Virus record (IMG/VR): IMGVR_UViG_3300002559_000042
Length of the DNA stretch: 45,389 nucleotides
Source: a virus
Reading direction: 5' to 3' (one strand)
Below are positions 33,785 to 40,582 of this stretch, one piece after another. Position numbers and translations under genes: made by a program. Position 1 is the first letter of the stretch, and each line of letters starts with the position of its first letter. The notes beneath the pieces were generated by a model, which worked only from the letters and a program-made list of their open reading frames with translations, did not search any database and was not told the origin of the DNA.

Positions 33785-33946
33785 TTACTTATTTACCTTT
33801 TCAATCGACTCGCATAAAGCCAATATTCCCAGGCATGAAAGCAACATTACTCGAGGGAACGCCCCAATATGATCACCACTAGAATGAGTAATTACCAAAG
33901 ATAAAAACCCCAAGATGACTATCAACCATAATAAAGATTTAGCCAT
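33785..33946 (-). CDS. Small two-TM membrane protein (53 aa)
   Basis: ATG 33946 follows AAAGGGTGAGAGA. Sequence MAKSLLWLIVILGFLSLVITHSSGDHIGAFPRVMLLSCLGILALCESIEKVNK. The track 5' extension is rejected. Confidence 0.55.
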   Translation of the reverse strand: MAKSLLWLIVILGFLSLVITHSSGDHIGAFPRVMLLSCLGILALCESIEKVNK

Positions 33947-33975
33947 TCTCTCACCCTTTCTATCGCAGCATTGTT

Positions 33976-34134
33976 CTACTTTTCCGTAAAAGTGATTTTG
34001 CAATGGGTCGGCTTATTATTTTGCCACGTGATAATTTGCTCACCGAACCCTGTCCCTGGCTTTGTTACCTTGATCAGTTGGCCATCTACGACCCTATAAA
34101 CCGCATTTTCCATCAAATCTATTTGAGCGACCAT
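33976..34134 (-). CDS. Hypothetical small ORF (52 aa), hand-translated
   Basis: ATG 34134 with GGTGGAAG upstream. Translation MVAQIDLMENAVYRVVDGQLIKVTKPGTGFGEQIITWQNNKPTHCKITFTEK. Confidence 0.4.
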   Translation of the reverse strand: MVAQIDLMENAVYRVVDGQLIKVTKPGTGFGEQIITWQNNKPTHCKITFTEK

Positions 34135-34184
34135 TTGTTTGTTTAAATCTTCCACCGGTATTCCCCCTATGGTAAAATATAGGT

Positions 34185-34222
34185 GTCCACTAATTTACCA
34201 GCCGGGGGAACCCGGTTTTTTT
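34185..34222 (+). ncRNA. Candidate mini plus-strand transcript (about 38 nt) in an intercistronic gap of the minus-strand early operon
   Basis: Extended -10 TGgTAAAAT (34170-34178), then a canonical plus-oriented terminator GCCGGG-ggaa-CCCGGT with T7 (34201-34222). On the minus strand the hairpin has no U-tract. Confidence 0.3.
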
Positions 34223-34352
34223 ATTTCCAGCTCATATGATCTTCATATTCTTTCGCTAGTTGCTCGTCCGAACATTTTTCCCAATACTCCCTGCTATAGC
34301 CCGTCACCAACCACAGCCATTCGATCATCATTTCACGATCAGATTGGTTCAT
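34221..34352 (-). CDS. Hypothetical small ORF (43 aa), hand-translated
   Basis: ATG 34352 with GGAAGTG 6 nt upstream. Translation MNQSDREMMIEWLWLVTGYSREYWEKCSDEQLAKEYEDHMSWK. Confidence 0.45.
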   Translation of the reverse strand: MNQSDREMMIEWLWLVTGYSREYWEKCSDEQLAKEYEDHMSWK

Positions 34353-34357
34353 TGCAT

Positions 34358-34528
34358 TCACTTCCAGTCATATTTGCCGTTCTTGCCAACAAGGACACCG
34401 TGTCTCTTGCTAAAGATACTTTCCTTACGCACCTGTTCCTTGTTTAGGCCTTCTTCAAACACCGTGATGACCATTAATTCTTCCCGGTCCTTAGATAAGG
34501 CCCGATGTTCAACGACCCTTCTTGTCAT
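34358..34528 (-). CDS. Hypothetical small ORF (56 aa), hand-translated
   Basis: ATG 34528 overlaps the upstream ORF end by 20 nt. Translation MTRRVVEHRALSKDREELMVITVFEEGLNKEQVRKESIFSKRHGVLVGKNGKYDWK. Confidence 0.4.
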   Translation of the reverse strand: MTRRVVEHRALSKDREELMVITVFEEGLNKEQVRKESIFSKRHGVLVGKNGKYDWK

Positions 34529-34688
34529 TGCCAATCACATCCGTTGTGCGCTCGCCCCGTCTTACCCGCTCCAGCTGTTCCGGAGTTAGATACCAGATTG
34601 TAACCTTGCCGGGGCGTTTGGCTCTCCATCCGGTGCTGGTTCGGAGATTGTATCTGTCCTCTGGATCATGAACGTATGTTGCTGTCAT
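34509..34688 (-). CDS. Hypothetical small ORF (59 aa), hand-translated
   Basis: ATG 34688 follows AGGAGTGG. Translation MTATYVHDPEDRYNLRTSTGWRAKRPGKVTIWYLTPEQLERVRRGERTTDVIGNDKKGR. Confidence 0.5.
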   Translation of the reverse strand: MTATYVHDPEDRYNLRTSTGWRAKRPGKVTIWYLTPEQLERVRRGERTTDVIGNDKKGR

Positions 34689-34803
34689 TCATACCACTCC
34701 TAAACTGTTTATTTTGGCTTCTAAGCCGTTTTAAGATTTTGGTATATAAATAGTCATGTTCCGTTTTAAAACGGTTATATGAGGCAATAGAGAAGTCCAG
34801 CGC

Positions 34804-35265
34804 CTAAATCCCTGCCTGCGCCATTTTCTTCGCCGCCTTCCGTTTCTTCTCCAATTCCTCCAATTCAATCCATCCGCCCCATTTCTTGCTGTATGTAACC
34901 AAGCTGAGTTTATGGGGATATTTGTGCTCGAACAACTTTTTCTTGATCTTAAACGCTTCTGTCTGTACGCCTTTGACATCAACAACCTCGATGGATCCAT
35001 CCAAATGGTGAATCTCGAAATCTGCGATGTACTCAATCTTGCGGTACTTCTTTCCGTTCTTTTCGAAAGCTTCCTGAAGCAAGTACCGCGGCTGTAGACG
35101 AAAAAATAAGATTCGATTGTTTTCCTGAAGCCATTTCAATCGCTCGTAGTAACGGGCTTCGATCTTGCTGTCAAAAACATATCCGTCCAATTCAACTTTC
35201 TTGGAGCCATATTTAGTTTTCTTAGTTTGCTTGCGATATTCTGCCGCTGTCATTCGTTCCTGCAT
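34804..35265 (-). CDS. DUF1064-type PD-(D/E)xK nuclease-like protein
   Basis: KYGSKKVELDGYVFDSKIEARYYERL ... IEYIADFEIHHLDGSIEVVDVKG matches the DUF1064 pattern common in Firmicute phage replication and recombination modules. Confidence 0.8.
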   Translation of the reverse strand: MQERMTAAEYRKQTKKTKYGSKKVELDGYVFDSKIEARYYERLKWLQENNRILFFRLQPRYLLQEAFEKNGKKYRKIEYIADFEIHHLDGSIEVVDVKGVQTEAFKIKKKLFEHKYPHKLSLVTYSKKWGGWIELEELEKKRKAAKKMAQAGI

Positions 35266-35274
35266 GTTTGCACC

Positions 35275-35907
35275 TCAATATCCATTTTCCTGCCGGCTAT
35301 GGTTTACGGCATTCTTTGCAAAATAGGCTTGCTCGACTTGTTCCCAGGTAAAGCCAAGCATTTCACCTAGTCCAAGGAAGTTTGAAAAAAGAAATTCATA
35401 CCATGCTTTTCTGCTATCTTCTGTATATTGTCTAAAAGTTGAAGCACATTCAAATACTTCTTGCCATTGCATTGTTAATTTATCGGCGCCAAAGCTGACC
35501 GCAACACTGGAATACCAAGGATTTATATCTTGCAACCCAAGACGGTTTCCAATACTCAAAATGAAATGCAGGCAATCAACGTATTCTTCAAGTAAAGGAT
35601 TTTTGTATCCGTAAACGCCTGATCCATCACACCTTTTACAAGGCCAAGGTTCTCCACCTTCAAAAACTTCATCATGGTTCATGTAACCTTTACCGTAACA
35701 ATACGAACAATCAATCGGTATTTCTGTCCTCGGTTCCTGATCATTGCTCCAATGCTTAAACCCTCGCCATTCATTTGCACATTCGCCAAGTTCAACTTGC
35801 AAAGCCAGGATTAAGTTCGGTAGCAAATTAACGCCCTGCAATCCTTTCTTTTCAATAATGTGTTTGTCCAATTCCGCCTGCGCTTTAAATAATTTTTGTA
35901 GGTTCAC
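35275..35907 (-). CDS. dut: Dimeric (all-alpha) dUTPase with an inserted double CxxCxGxG zinc-finger module
   Basis: LFKAQAELDKHI, ALQVELGECANEWRGFKHW and LLEEYVDCLHFILSIG fit the dimeric dUTPase family. Residues ~61-102 (TEIPIDCSYCYGKGYMNHDEVFEGGEPWPCKRCDGSGVYGYK) interrupt the usually contiguous FKxW...LLEEY segment. Confidence 0.8.
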   Translation of the reverse strand: MNLQKLFKAQAELDKHIIEKKGLQGVNLLPNLILALQVELGECANEWRGFKHWSNDQEPRTEIPIDCSYCYGKGYMNHDEVFEGGEPWPCKRCDGSGVYGYKNPLLEEYVDCLHFILSIGNRLGLQDINPWYSSVAVSFGADKLTMQWQEVFECASTFRQYTEDSRKAWYEFLFSNFLGLGEMLGFTWEQVEQAYFAKNAVNHSRQENGY

Positions 35908-36110
35908 TTAAAGTACTCCTCCCCAAATGCTTCCTTAAATTTTTCTATCGTCTTGGGCCCGATCCCGGGCGTCTCAGCCAGTTTGTTTAGCCTTGCCTGC
36001 ATAAATCCAATCGCTTTGCTAATGCCCATCTGCATGCCGATCTCGATTCCCTCACGCTTGCCACGCTCATAAGCCTGCTGGATAACCGGATTCTTTGCCA
36101 TATCACTCAC
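35904..36110 (-). CDS. Small helix-hairpin-helix-like protein
   Basis: ETPGIGPKTIEKFKEAFG is an HhH-like motif. The likely start is ATG 36101 after GGTGAG; the track start GTG 36110 lies inside that RBS. Confidence 0.6.
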   Translation of the reverse strand: MSDMAKNPVIQQAYERGKREGIEIGMQMGISKAIGFMQARLNKLAETPGIGPKTIEKFKEAFGEEYFK

Positions 36111-36261
36111 CCATTTGTATTTTTTGAAGGGTTAAAGCGTACACCAGATCGTGATAAGATAAGTCGTAGATTGATTTATTATTGAATTGAGTTACACCGT
36201 TATTTTCGAGTTGGCGGAGTAGGTGGCTCCGCTTCAACTCGGTAATTGTGGCGTTTGTCAT
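36103..36261 (-). CDS. Hypothetical small ORF (52 aa), hand-translated
   Basis: ATG 36261 follows AAAGGGTG. Translation MTNATITELKRSHLLRQLENNGVTQFNNKSIYDLSYHDLVYALTLQKIQMGE. Its stop overlaps the next gene's start region. Confidence 0.5.
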   Translation of the reverse strand: MTNATITELKRSHLLRQLENNGVTQFNNKSIYDLSYHDLVYALTLQKIQMGE

Positions 36262-36262
36262 T

Positions 36263-36442
36263 TTAGTACACCCTTTCTATCTTGAGTTGATCCCGCGCTT
36301 CTTCCAAACGTCGTTGCAAAATGATTTCTTCTTTCTTAATTTGCTCTTGCGGCTTCGGTCCGCACGCCGGGCAAGGTTTTACCATGATTCCAAATCCCAT
36401 ATCCTCGTAAACAACATGCCGGCCATTACATAGTTCACACAT
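36263..36442 (-). CDS. Small zinc-ribbon protein (59 aa), hand-translated
   Basis: ATG shares base 36442 with the upstream TGA (TGATG). AAAGGAG lies 9 nt upstream. Translation MCELCNGRHVVYEDMGFGIMVKPCPACGPKPQEQ..., with a CxxC...CxxC pair. Confidence 0.55.
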   Translation of the reverse strand: MCELCNGRHVVYEDMGFGIMVKPCPACGPKPQEQIKKEEIILQRRLEEARDQLKIERVY

Positions 36443-37341
36443 CAGCTTGCTCCTTTCTTGAGACGCCAGTCAGTCCCCTCGGCTTCAAGCAGGTATTTTC
36501 CGCACTGCCCAATTAGCCGGCTTGCGGCCGCATATCCTACTTTTTCTGCCAAGGTGCCGCGATCCTCATTCGAGTTGAATACAATCGGTTTCTGTTTCCG
36601 GTATCGCTCGTTAATAATCTGGTAGTAAAGAGATTCCTTCGCTTCCGACCACTTCACTTTGCCGATGTCATCCCAAATAAGTACATCTGCATTTGTGGCC
36701 GCATAAAGCAAACGGTTCAGCTGCTCTCCCTCATCATTCATCATCCGGGCCTGAATAAGCTCGTCCATGAAAGTGACATCTGATATAACCAGAACATTGA
36801 ATCCGTCTTTAATCAGGCGTTTTGCCAGTGCAATCTGCAGATGAGTCTTTCCAATCCCAAAATTGTTATGTTGCTGTTTCACGGCGGCCCGCTCTGCTGA
36901 TGGCAATTCTTTCATGCGCTGTTCGCCAAAAACTGCAATCAACCCAAAATTATGGGAAGAAACCGTTTTTTCCTTTTCGCCATTTTCATTGGTCGTCATC
37001 TTGTATTCTTGCAAATACCTTTTTGTAAGGTCATACATGTCTTCTTGGATTTGGCTCGTACGCTGATAGTTTTCAAAATTGGCGTTTGTAAACTCATCTG
37101 GAATCATGGAGTTTCGGAACCGGCGCCGCCATGCTTTTCTTTCCCGGCATTCGCAAGGCTTGGCGAATTCATACCCTTGTTCATTTCGGTAAAAAACAAA
37201 TTCGGTGTCCTTACAAATCGGGCATTCGTATTCATCCGCCCCATGCTCGTCTTGCTTCTTGGGCTTCTCGGATTGCCTGTTCTGCGCTTTTTCCAGCAGG
37301 TCGGCCATAACTTCTGCGATACTTTGGAATCTTTGTTCCAT
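36442..37341 (-). CDS. DnaC/IstB-like AAA+ helicase loader with an N-terminal zinc-binding motif
   Basis: Walker A NNFGIGKTHL and Walker B VLIWDDIG. N-terminal CPICKD...CEC. Start placed at ATG 37341 (RBS AAAGAGGTGAAGG); the track 5' extension to 37491 is rejected. Confidence 0.85.
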   Translation of the reverse strand: MEQRFQSIAEVMADLLEKAQNRQSEKPKKQDEHGADEYECPICKDTEFVFYRNEQGYEFAKPCECRERKAWRRRFRNSMIPDEFTNANFENYQRTSQIQEDMYDLTKRYLQEYKMTTNENGEKEKTVSSHNFGLIAVFGEQRMKELPSAERAAVKQQHNNFGIGKTHLQIALAKRLIKDGFNVLVISDVTFMDELIQARMMNDEGEQLNRLLYAATNADVLIWDDIGKVKWSEAKESLYYQIINERYRKQKPIVFNSNEDRGTLAEKVGYAAASRLIGQCGKYLLEAEGTDWRLKKGAS

Positions 37342-38047
37342 TGCCTTCACCTCTTTCTGCTTCCTGTTTTTTAATGAACCGGTCAAATATATAGCCGGAA
37401 CAATAGTCCAGTGTCTTGATATAGTCCTTAGGATGTTTAGGCTGGTGGGAAGCGAATTTCTCTTCCATCCACCTAATTGCATCATCAACATTTACTCCGA
37501 ATTTGATGATCTCAGCTGCTGCTGCTTCATCTTTGGGCGTAGCAACAAATCCGTGATTCCTTAATTCTATAAATCGATTGAGCAACTTCTTTACAGCAGC
37601 TGCTTCATTACTTAGTCCATTATTATTTAGTTCATCAATACTTAGTTCATTATTACTTAGTAGTTTCGGGTTTTCCGTCGACGGATAATCCGTCAACGGT
37701 TTTTCCGTCGACGGATAATCCGTCAACGGTTTTCCCGGTAACGGTGGATCCATTTGAGGGACTTCAAAAACAAGTGTTTCATAGTTGAATGTCCCGTCCT
37801 CATTCCGGTGCTGCACCCGCTTTAAATAACCCAGATCTCGCAGTTCTTTAAGCGCAGTCCGAAGTGAGTCGCGTCCGTCCTTAGCATGTTTTTGCAACTC
37901 TGTGTCATAAAACCTCCAATCGTCGGGTAAAGAAAGCATATAGGCATGCAGCCCTTTCGCTTTCCAGCTCAGCCTTTCATCCATAAGCGATGTTTTATTC
38001 ATTACGACGTAGTTGCCGTTCTTTTGTACTCTGTATATATTGGCCAT
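37232..38047 (-). CDS. Replisome organizer / replication initiator (N-terminal winged-helix + C-terminal DnaD-like domain)
   Basis: N-terminus MANIYRVQKNGNYVVMNKTSLMDERLSWKAKGLHAYMLSLPDDWRFY...ALKELRDLGYL. The C-terminus carries a DnaD/DnaB_2-like segment LLNRFIELRNHGFVATPKDEAAAAEII. An internal PLTDYPSTEK x2 repeat is present. Confidence 0.85.
   Translation of the reverse strand: MANIYRVQKNGNYVVMNKTSLMDERLSWKAKGLHAYMLSLPDDWRFYDTELQKHAKDGRDSLRTALKELRDLGYLKRVQHRNEDGTFNYETLVFEVPQMDPPLPGKPLTDYPSTEKPLTDYPSTENPKLLSNNELSIDELNNNGLSNEAAAVKKLLNRFIELRNHGFVATPKDEAAAAEIIKFGVNVDDAIRWMEEKFASHQPKHPKDYIKTLDYCSGYIFDRFIKKQEAERGEGNGTKIPKYRRSYGRPAGKSAEQAIREAQEARRAWGG
37671..37747. repeat. Iteron array: 2 exact 30-bp tandem repeats plus a partial third, each containing the CCGTCGACGG palindrome; putative origin inside the organizer gene
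   Basis: ttttccgtcgacggataatccgtcaacggt occurs at 37671-37700 and 37701-37730, followed by tttcccggtaacggtgg. An AT-rich region with TTAGT-containing repeats lies adjacent at 37611-37665. Confidence 0.85.
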
Positions 38048-38105
38048 GCTTTCACCACCTCAATTTCCTGTGTTGTTTCCCCCTCGAGGTGAGGGGGATT
38101 TTTTT
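38048..38105 (+). ncRNA. Candidate cis-antisense RNA (about 55 nt) covering the RBS and 5' UTR of the replisome organizer gene
   Basis: Plus-strand TTGCCG (38013-38018), 17-nt spacer, TATATT (38036-38041), then the canonical plus-oriented terminator CCCCCTC-gaggt-GAGGGGG-a-T7 (38079-38105). The predicted TSS (about 38048) abuts the organizer start codon (38045-38047). Confidence 0.4.
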
Positions 38106-39000
38106 AGAATGGAAGGTCATTTTCATCCATTTCAACAGCCGATTTCTTATCTTCCACTTTTGCCTGCTCCTGTTGCGACGCTTCTTCTTTCTCGGTCTCC
38201 GGTTCTGGATGGTAATCAATGATTTCAGGTTCTTCCGCATTCGTTTCATCCGTGATATCATGTGTTTCCCGTTCATCTTCGGTAACGGCCGTCTGCATTT
38301 CAATGCTCAAAATTCCCCACTTACTGAGCATGTTGCGGATGACCGTTTTCATGGCCATAGCGTCATAATCGCTTTTCCATACATTATTGAGAGCATTCTT
38401 GTCCTTCATCTTGTTATGCTTAACCCTGTGCGCTTCGATCTCATCCTTGGTCCAGTAGACCGTCTTTTCAAAGCCATTGATCAGCTTGAAATATCCGCAG
38501 TATCCGATTACCTTCTCGCTTGTGGCACCTTCTAAATCCAGTTCGATTTCTTCGGTCAGCCGGTTCCACTTAATGAGCTCACCTTCATGAACAGCGATGA
38601 CGTTGATCGCTTTATATTGGCCAGTCCGTAATGCCAGTTGAATGTACCCCTTATAACCAAGCTGGAACTGTGCTACCTTATGGCCTTTCTTACTGTCATA
38701 AAATGGAACGATCCAGGCATAACCTAGGTTTTTGTCAACTGGAAGATCAAGGCTTGCTGCGACCATGGCGCTTGAAATAATGCTCATTGGCTCGGCGGCC
38801 TGAATGTTCGGATCACCGTTGTAAAGGTTGAGCAAAGAAGACATAAATTGTGGTGCCTTCTTGTCCAAAACTTGTTCAAACTTTTTTTGCATCGTTGGGG
38901 TATTGAGCAAAGCTTTTAACCCCAACGATTGAGCAGATACTTGTTTGGTTCCTCCCTGCTTGCTTGCAATTTGGTTTTTTAGCGCTGCATTTGTTGCCAT
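38104..39000 (-). CDS. recT: RecT-family single-strand annealing protein
   Basis: LLNTPTMQKKFEQVLDKKAPQFMSSLLNLY...AASLDLPVDKNLGYAWIVPF...FQLGYKGYIQLALRTGQY matches the RecT pattern. Acidic C-terminal tail. Confidence 0.9.
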   Translation of the reverse strand: MATNAALKNQIASKQGGTKQVSAQSLGLKALLNTPTMQKKFEQVLDKKAPQFMSSLLNLYNGDPNIQAAEPMSIISSAMVAASLDLPVDKNLGYAWIVPFYDSKKGHKVAQFQLGYKGYIQLALRTGQYKAINVIAVHEGELIKWNRLTEEIELDLEGATSEKVIGYCGYFKLINGFEKTVYWTKDEIEAHRVKHNKMKDKNALNNVWKSDYDAMAMKTVIRNMLSKWGILSIEMQTAVTEDERETHDITDETNAEEPEIIDYHPEPETEKEEASQQEQAKVEDKKSAVEMDENDLPF

Positions 39001-39947
39001 TATTTTTCCTCCTTAACCGCAAGTTTGCGGAATGATGTTTCTTTAATAACTTGCTGGTGAATATCGGGGAACTTTTCCCGTAATGCTTTGGAATCAACGC
39101 GTTTCTGTACCTGCTTCTTCCAAGTGACGATATAGTCGCCAACCCGGCCAATCTCCGCTTCTTTCAGCTCAGCTTTAAGTTTGTTTTCAATCTCAGTTTT
39201 CGCAGCTTTAATCAGCTTCTCGTTTTCCTTGATTTTGAAGTATTCTTCCAAATAGGCATTGAAATCTTTTGGAAGAACGATCTCTTTATCAGGATCCGAT
39301 TTGGCATATTTTTCGGCCAGATACTTCTCAGCCGCGCTGCTTCCGTCCAGTTCAGGGGCAACTCCGGCCAGCACATTGTTTTCCCAAAAATCCTTTTCAG
39401 CTTGGAAAATCATGCTGATCAGTTCATCGTCGCGTTCGATTTCTTTCCATACGAACCGATTCCCTCCGATCAGCACGGCAATATATCCTTTTTCCTTGCC
39501 GGTAACGCCCAGATAGTGCTGGACTTGGACAAGGTAAGAGGCTGGAACCTCGTCACCTGCCCACTCTTTTGCAAGGTAAGCGCTGGCCGTCTTGCATTCA
39601 AGTACGGCCGATTCTCCAACTACCAACCTATCGACATTGGCACGGATAAAAGGATACTCTGGATGGCTGTACATAAAGTTTGACCGGCGTACCTTTTTAT
39701 CCGTTCGTTTTTCAAACTCTTTTGCCACGACATTTTCCATTTGGTTTCCCCAATAGATCGCTTCACTGTCGCCTTCTTGGGGATCGACCTGGCCAGTCTT
39801 TTCAAGCCAGAGTTCGAAAGGCGTCTTGTATTTATTCAGGCCCAGGATAATGCCGGCATCACTACCGCCAATCCCCTTGGTGCGAGCCTGAAGCCATTCA
39901 TGACGGCTCATTTCTTTTGTGGAAATAGCGTTTTGATTCATCGCCAT
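39000..39947 (-). CDS. YqaJ-type (lambda Exo-like) 5'-3' exonuclease, recombination partner of RecT
   Basis: RHEWLQARTKGIGGSDAGIILGLNKYKTPFELWLEKTG and downstream D/E/K motifs (ANVDRLVVGESAVLECKT). The stop shares a base with the recT start. Confidence 0.9.
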   Translation of the reverse strand: MAMNQNAISTKEMSRHEWLQARTKGIGGSDAGIILGLNKYKTPFELWLEKTGQVDPQEGDSEAIYWGNQMENVVAKEFEKRTDKKVRRSNFMYSHPEYPFIRANVDRLVVGESAVLECKTASAYLAKEWAGDEVPASYLVQVQHYLGVTGKEKGYIAVLIGGNRFVWKEIERDDELISMIFQAEKDFWENNVLAGVAPELDGSSAAEKYLAEKYAKSDPDKEIVLPKDFNAYLEEYFKIKENEKLIKAAKTEIENKLKAELKEAEIGRVGDYIVTWKKQVQKRVDSKALREKFPDIHQQVIKETSFRKLAVKEEK

Positions 39948-39995
39948 GCTTCTTCACCTCTTGATAAAATTTTCAAAGACCGATAGAATTAAGGT

Positions 39996-40042
39996 GTAGT
40001 CTTATTTAAAGCAACTTACTCCCACGGCAATGGGAGTTTTTT
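39996..40042 (+). ncRNA. Candidate mini plus-strand transcript (about 47 nt) in the gap upstream of the exonuclease gene
   Basis: TTGATA (39961-39966), 17-nt spacer, TAGAAT (39984-39989), then the canonical plus-oriented terminator ACTCCCA-cggcaa-TGGGAGT with T6 (40018-40042). Confidence 0.4.
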
Positions 40043-40043
40043 A

Positions 40044-40256
40044 TTATGCCGTGTAAAACTTTGCGCCGTAGAGCTCAACCAAAAATTTTTGAAGATTGTC
40101 TTGTAAAACAAGTTCACCGTCAATTTCAACCACATCGTCGCCATAAAAGATTTCATCACCGAAGTAGTCGCAACCGAAAAGCTCCGGATCATTATTTTGC
40201 AGATATCCAAATCGGCGCACTCTGGTAATATCCGGGTGTTCAATTGTGTTAATCAT
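40044..40256 (-). CDS. Hypothetical small acidic protein
   Basis: 70-aa track ORF whose ATG 40256 overlaps the end of the upstream ORF. Confidence 0.65.
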   Translation of the reverse strand: MINTIEHPDITRVRRFGYLQNNDPELFGCDYFGDEIFYGDDVVEIDGELVLQDNLQKFLVELYGAKFYTA

Positions 40257-40488
40257 TCGTAATCATTCCTTCCTGGCTTAAGTCAAGCATGTAATGCTGT
40301 GAATACGAATCTTCCGTTTCACCGTCGAAAACAATTCCGTACTTGAAGATAGAAGCATCATCATTGAAAATCGTTTTGCTCTCCCCGTTCATGAAAACTG
40401 AGATATGGCAAATCTCACCATTTTTATACCAATTAATCGAATGGATTTTGAATCGTTTCCCATTCACATTAAGCACTGGCTGTTTCAC
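40249..40488 (-). CDS. Hypothetical small protein
   Basis: GTG 40488 lies 8 nt after AAGGAG. The track 5' extension (TTG 40542) has no RBS. Confidence 0.55.
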   Translation of the reverse strand: MKQPVLNVNGKRFKIHSINWYKNGEICHISVFMNGESKTIFNDDASIFKYGIVFDGETEDSYSQHYMLDLSQEGMITND

Positions 40489-40582
40489 TCTTTTCACTCC
40501 TTCCAGCTTGAATTGCCAAACACAACAATATGTGCTTTTCAAAACGATTCAGTTTAAGCCAATCACCTGTTTTAATTTTCAT
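40469..40582 (-). CDS. Hypothetical micro-ORF (37 aa), hand-translated
   Basis: ATG 40582 follows GAAAGGGG. It overlaps the start of the next ORF. Confidence 0.3.
   Translation of the reverse strand: MKIKTGDWLKLNRFEKHILLCLAIQAGRSEKSETASA

Noticed and set aside
37690-37700. Shared CCGTCAAC core between the origin iterons and the attP arm repeats (2637-2657)
   Set aside because: This is only an 8-mer, and the flanks differ (CAACGG versus CAACAA). Chance occurrence is plausible and the binding proteins (initiator versus integrase) are unrelated. It is noted but not claimed.
37671-37747. Tandem repeats here and at 32126-32161 as possible CRISPR arrays
   Set aside because: The repeats are contiguous with no spacers, are in frame within coding genes, and no cas genes are present.
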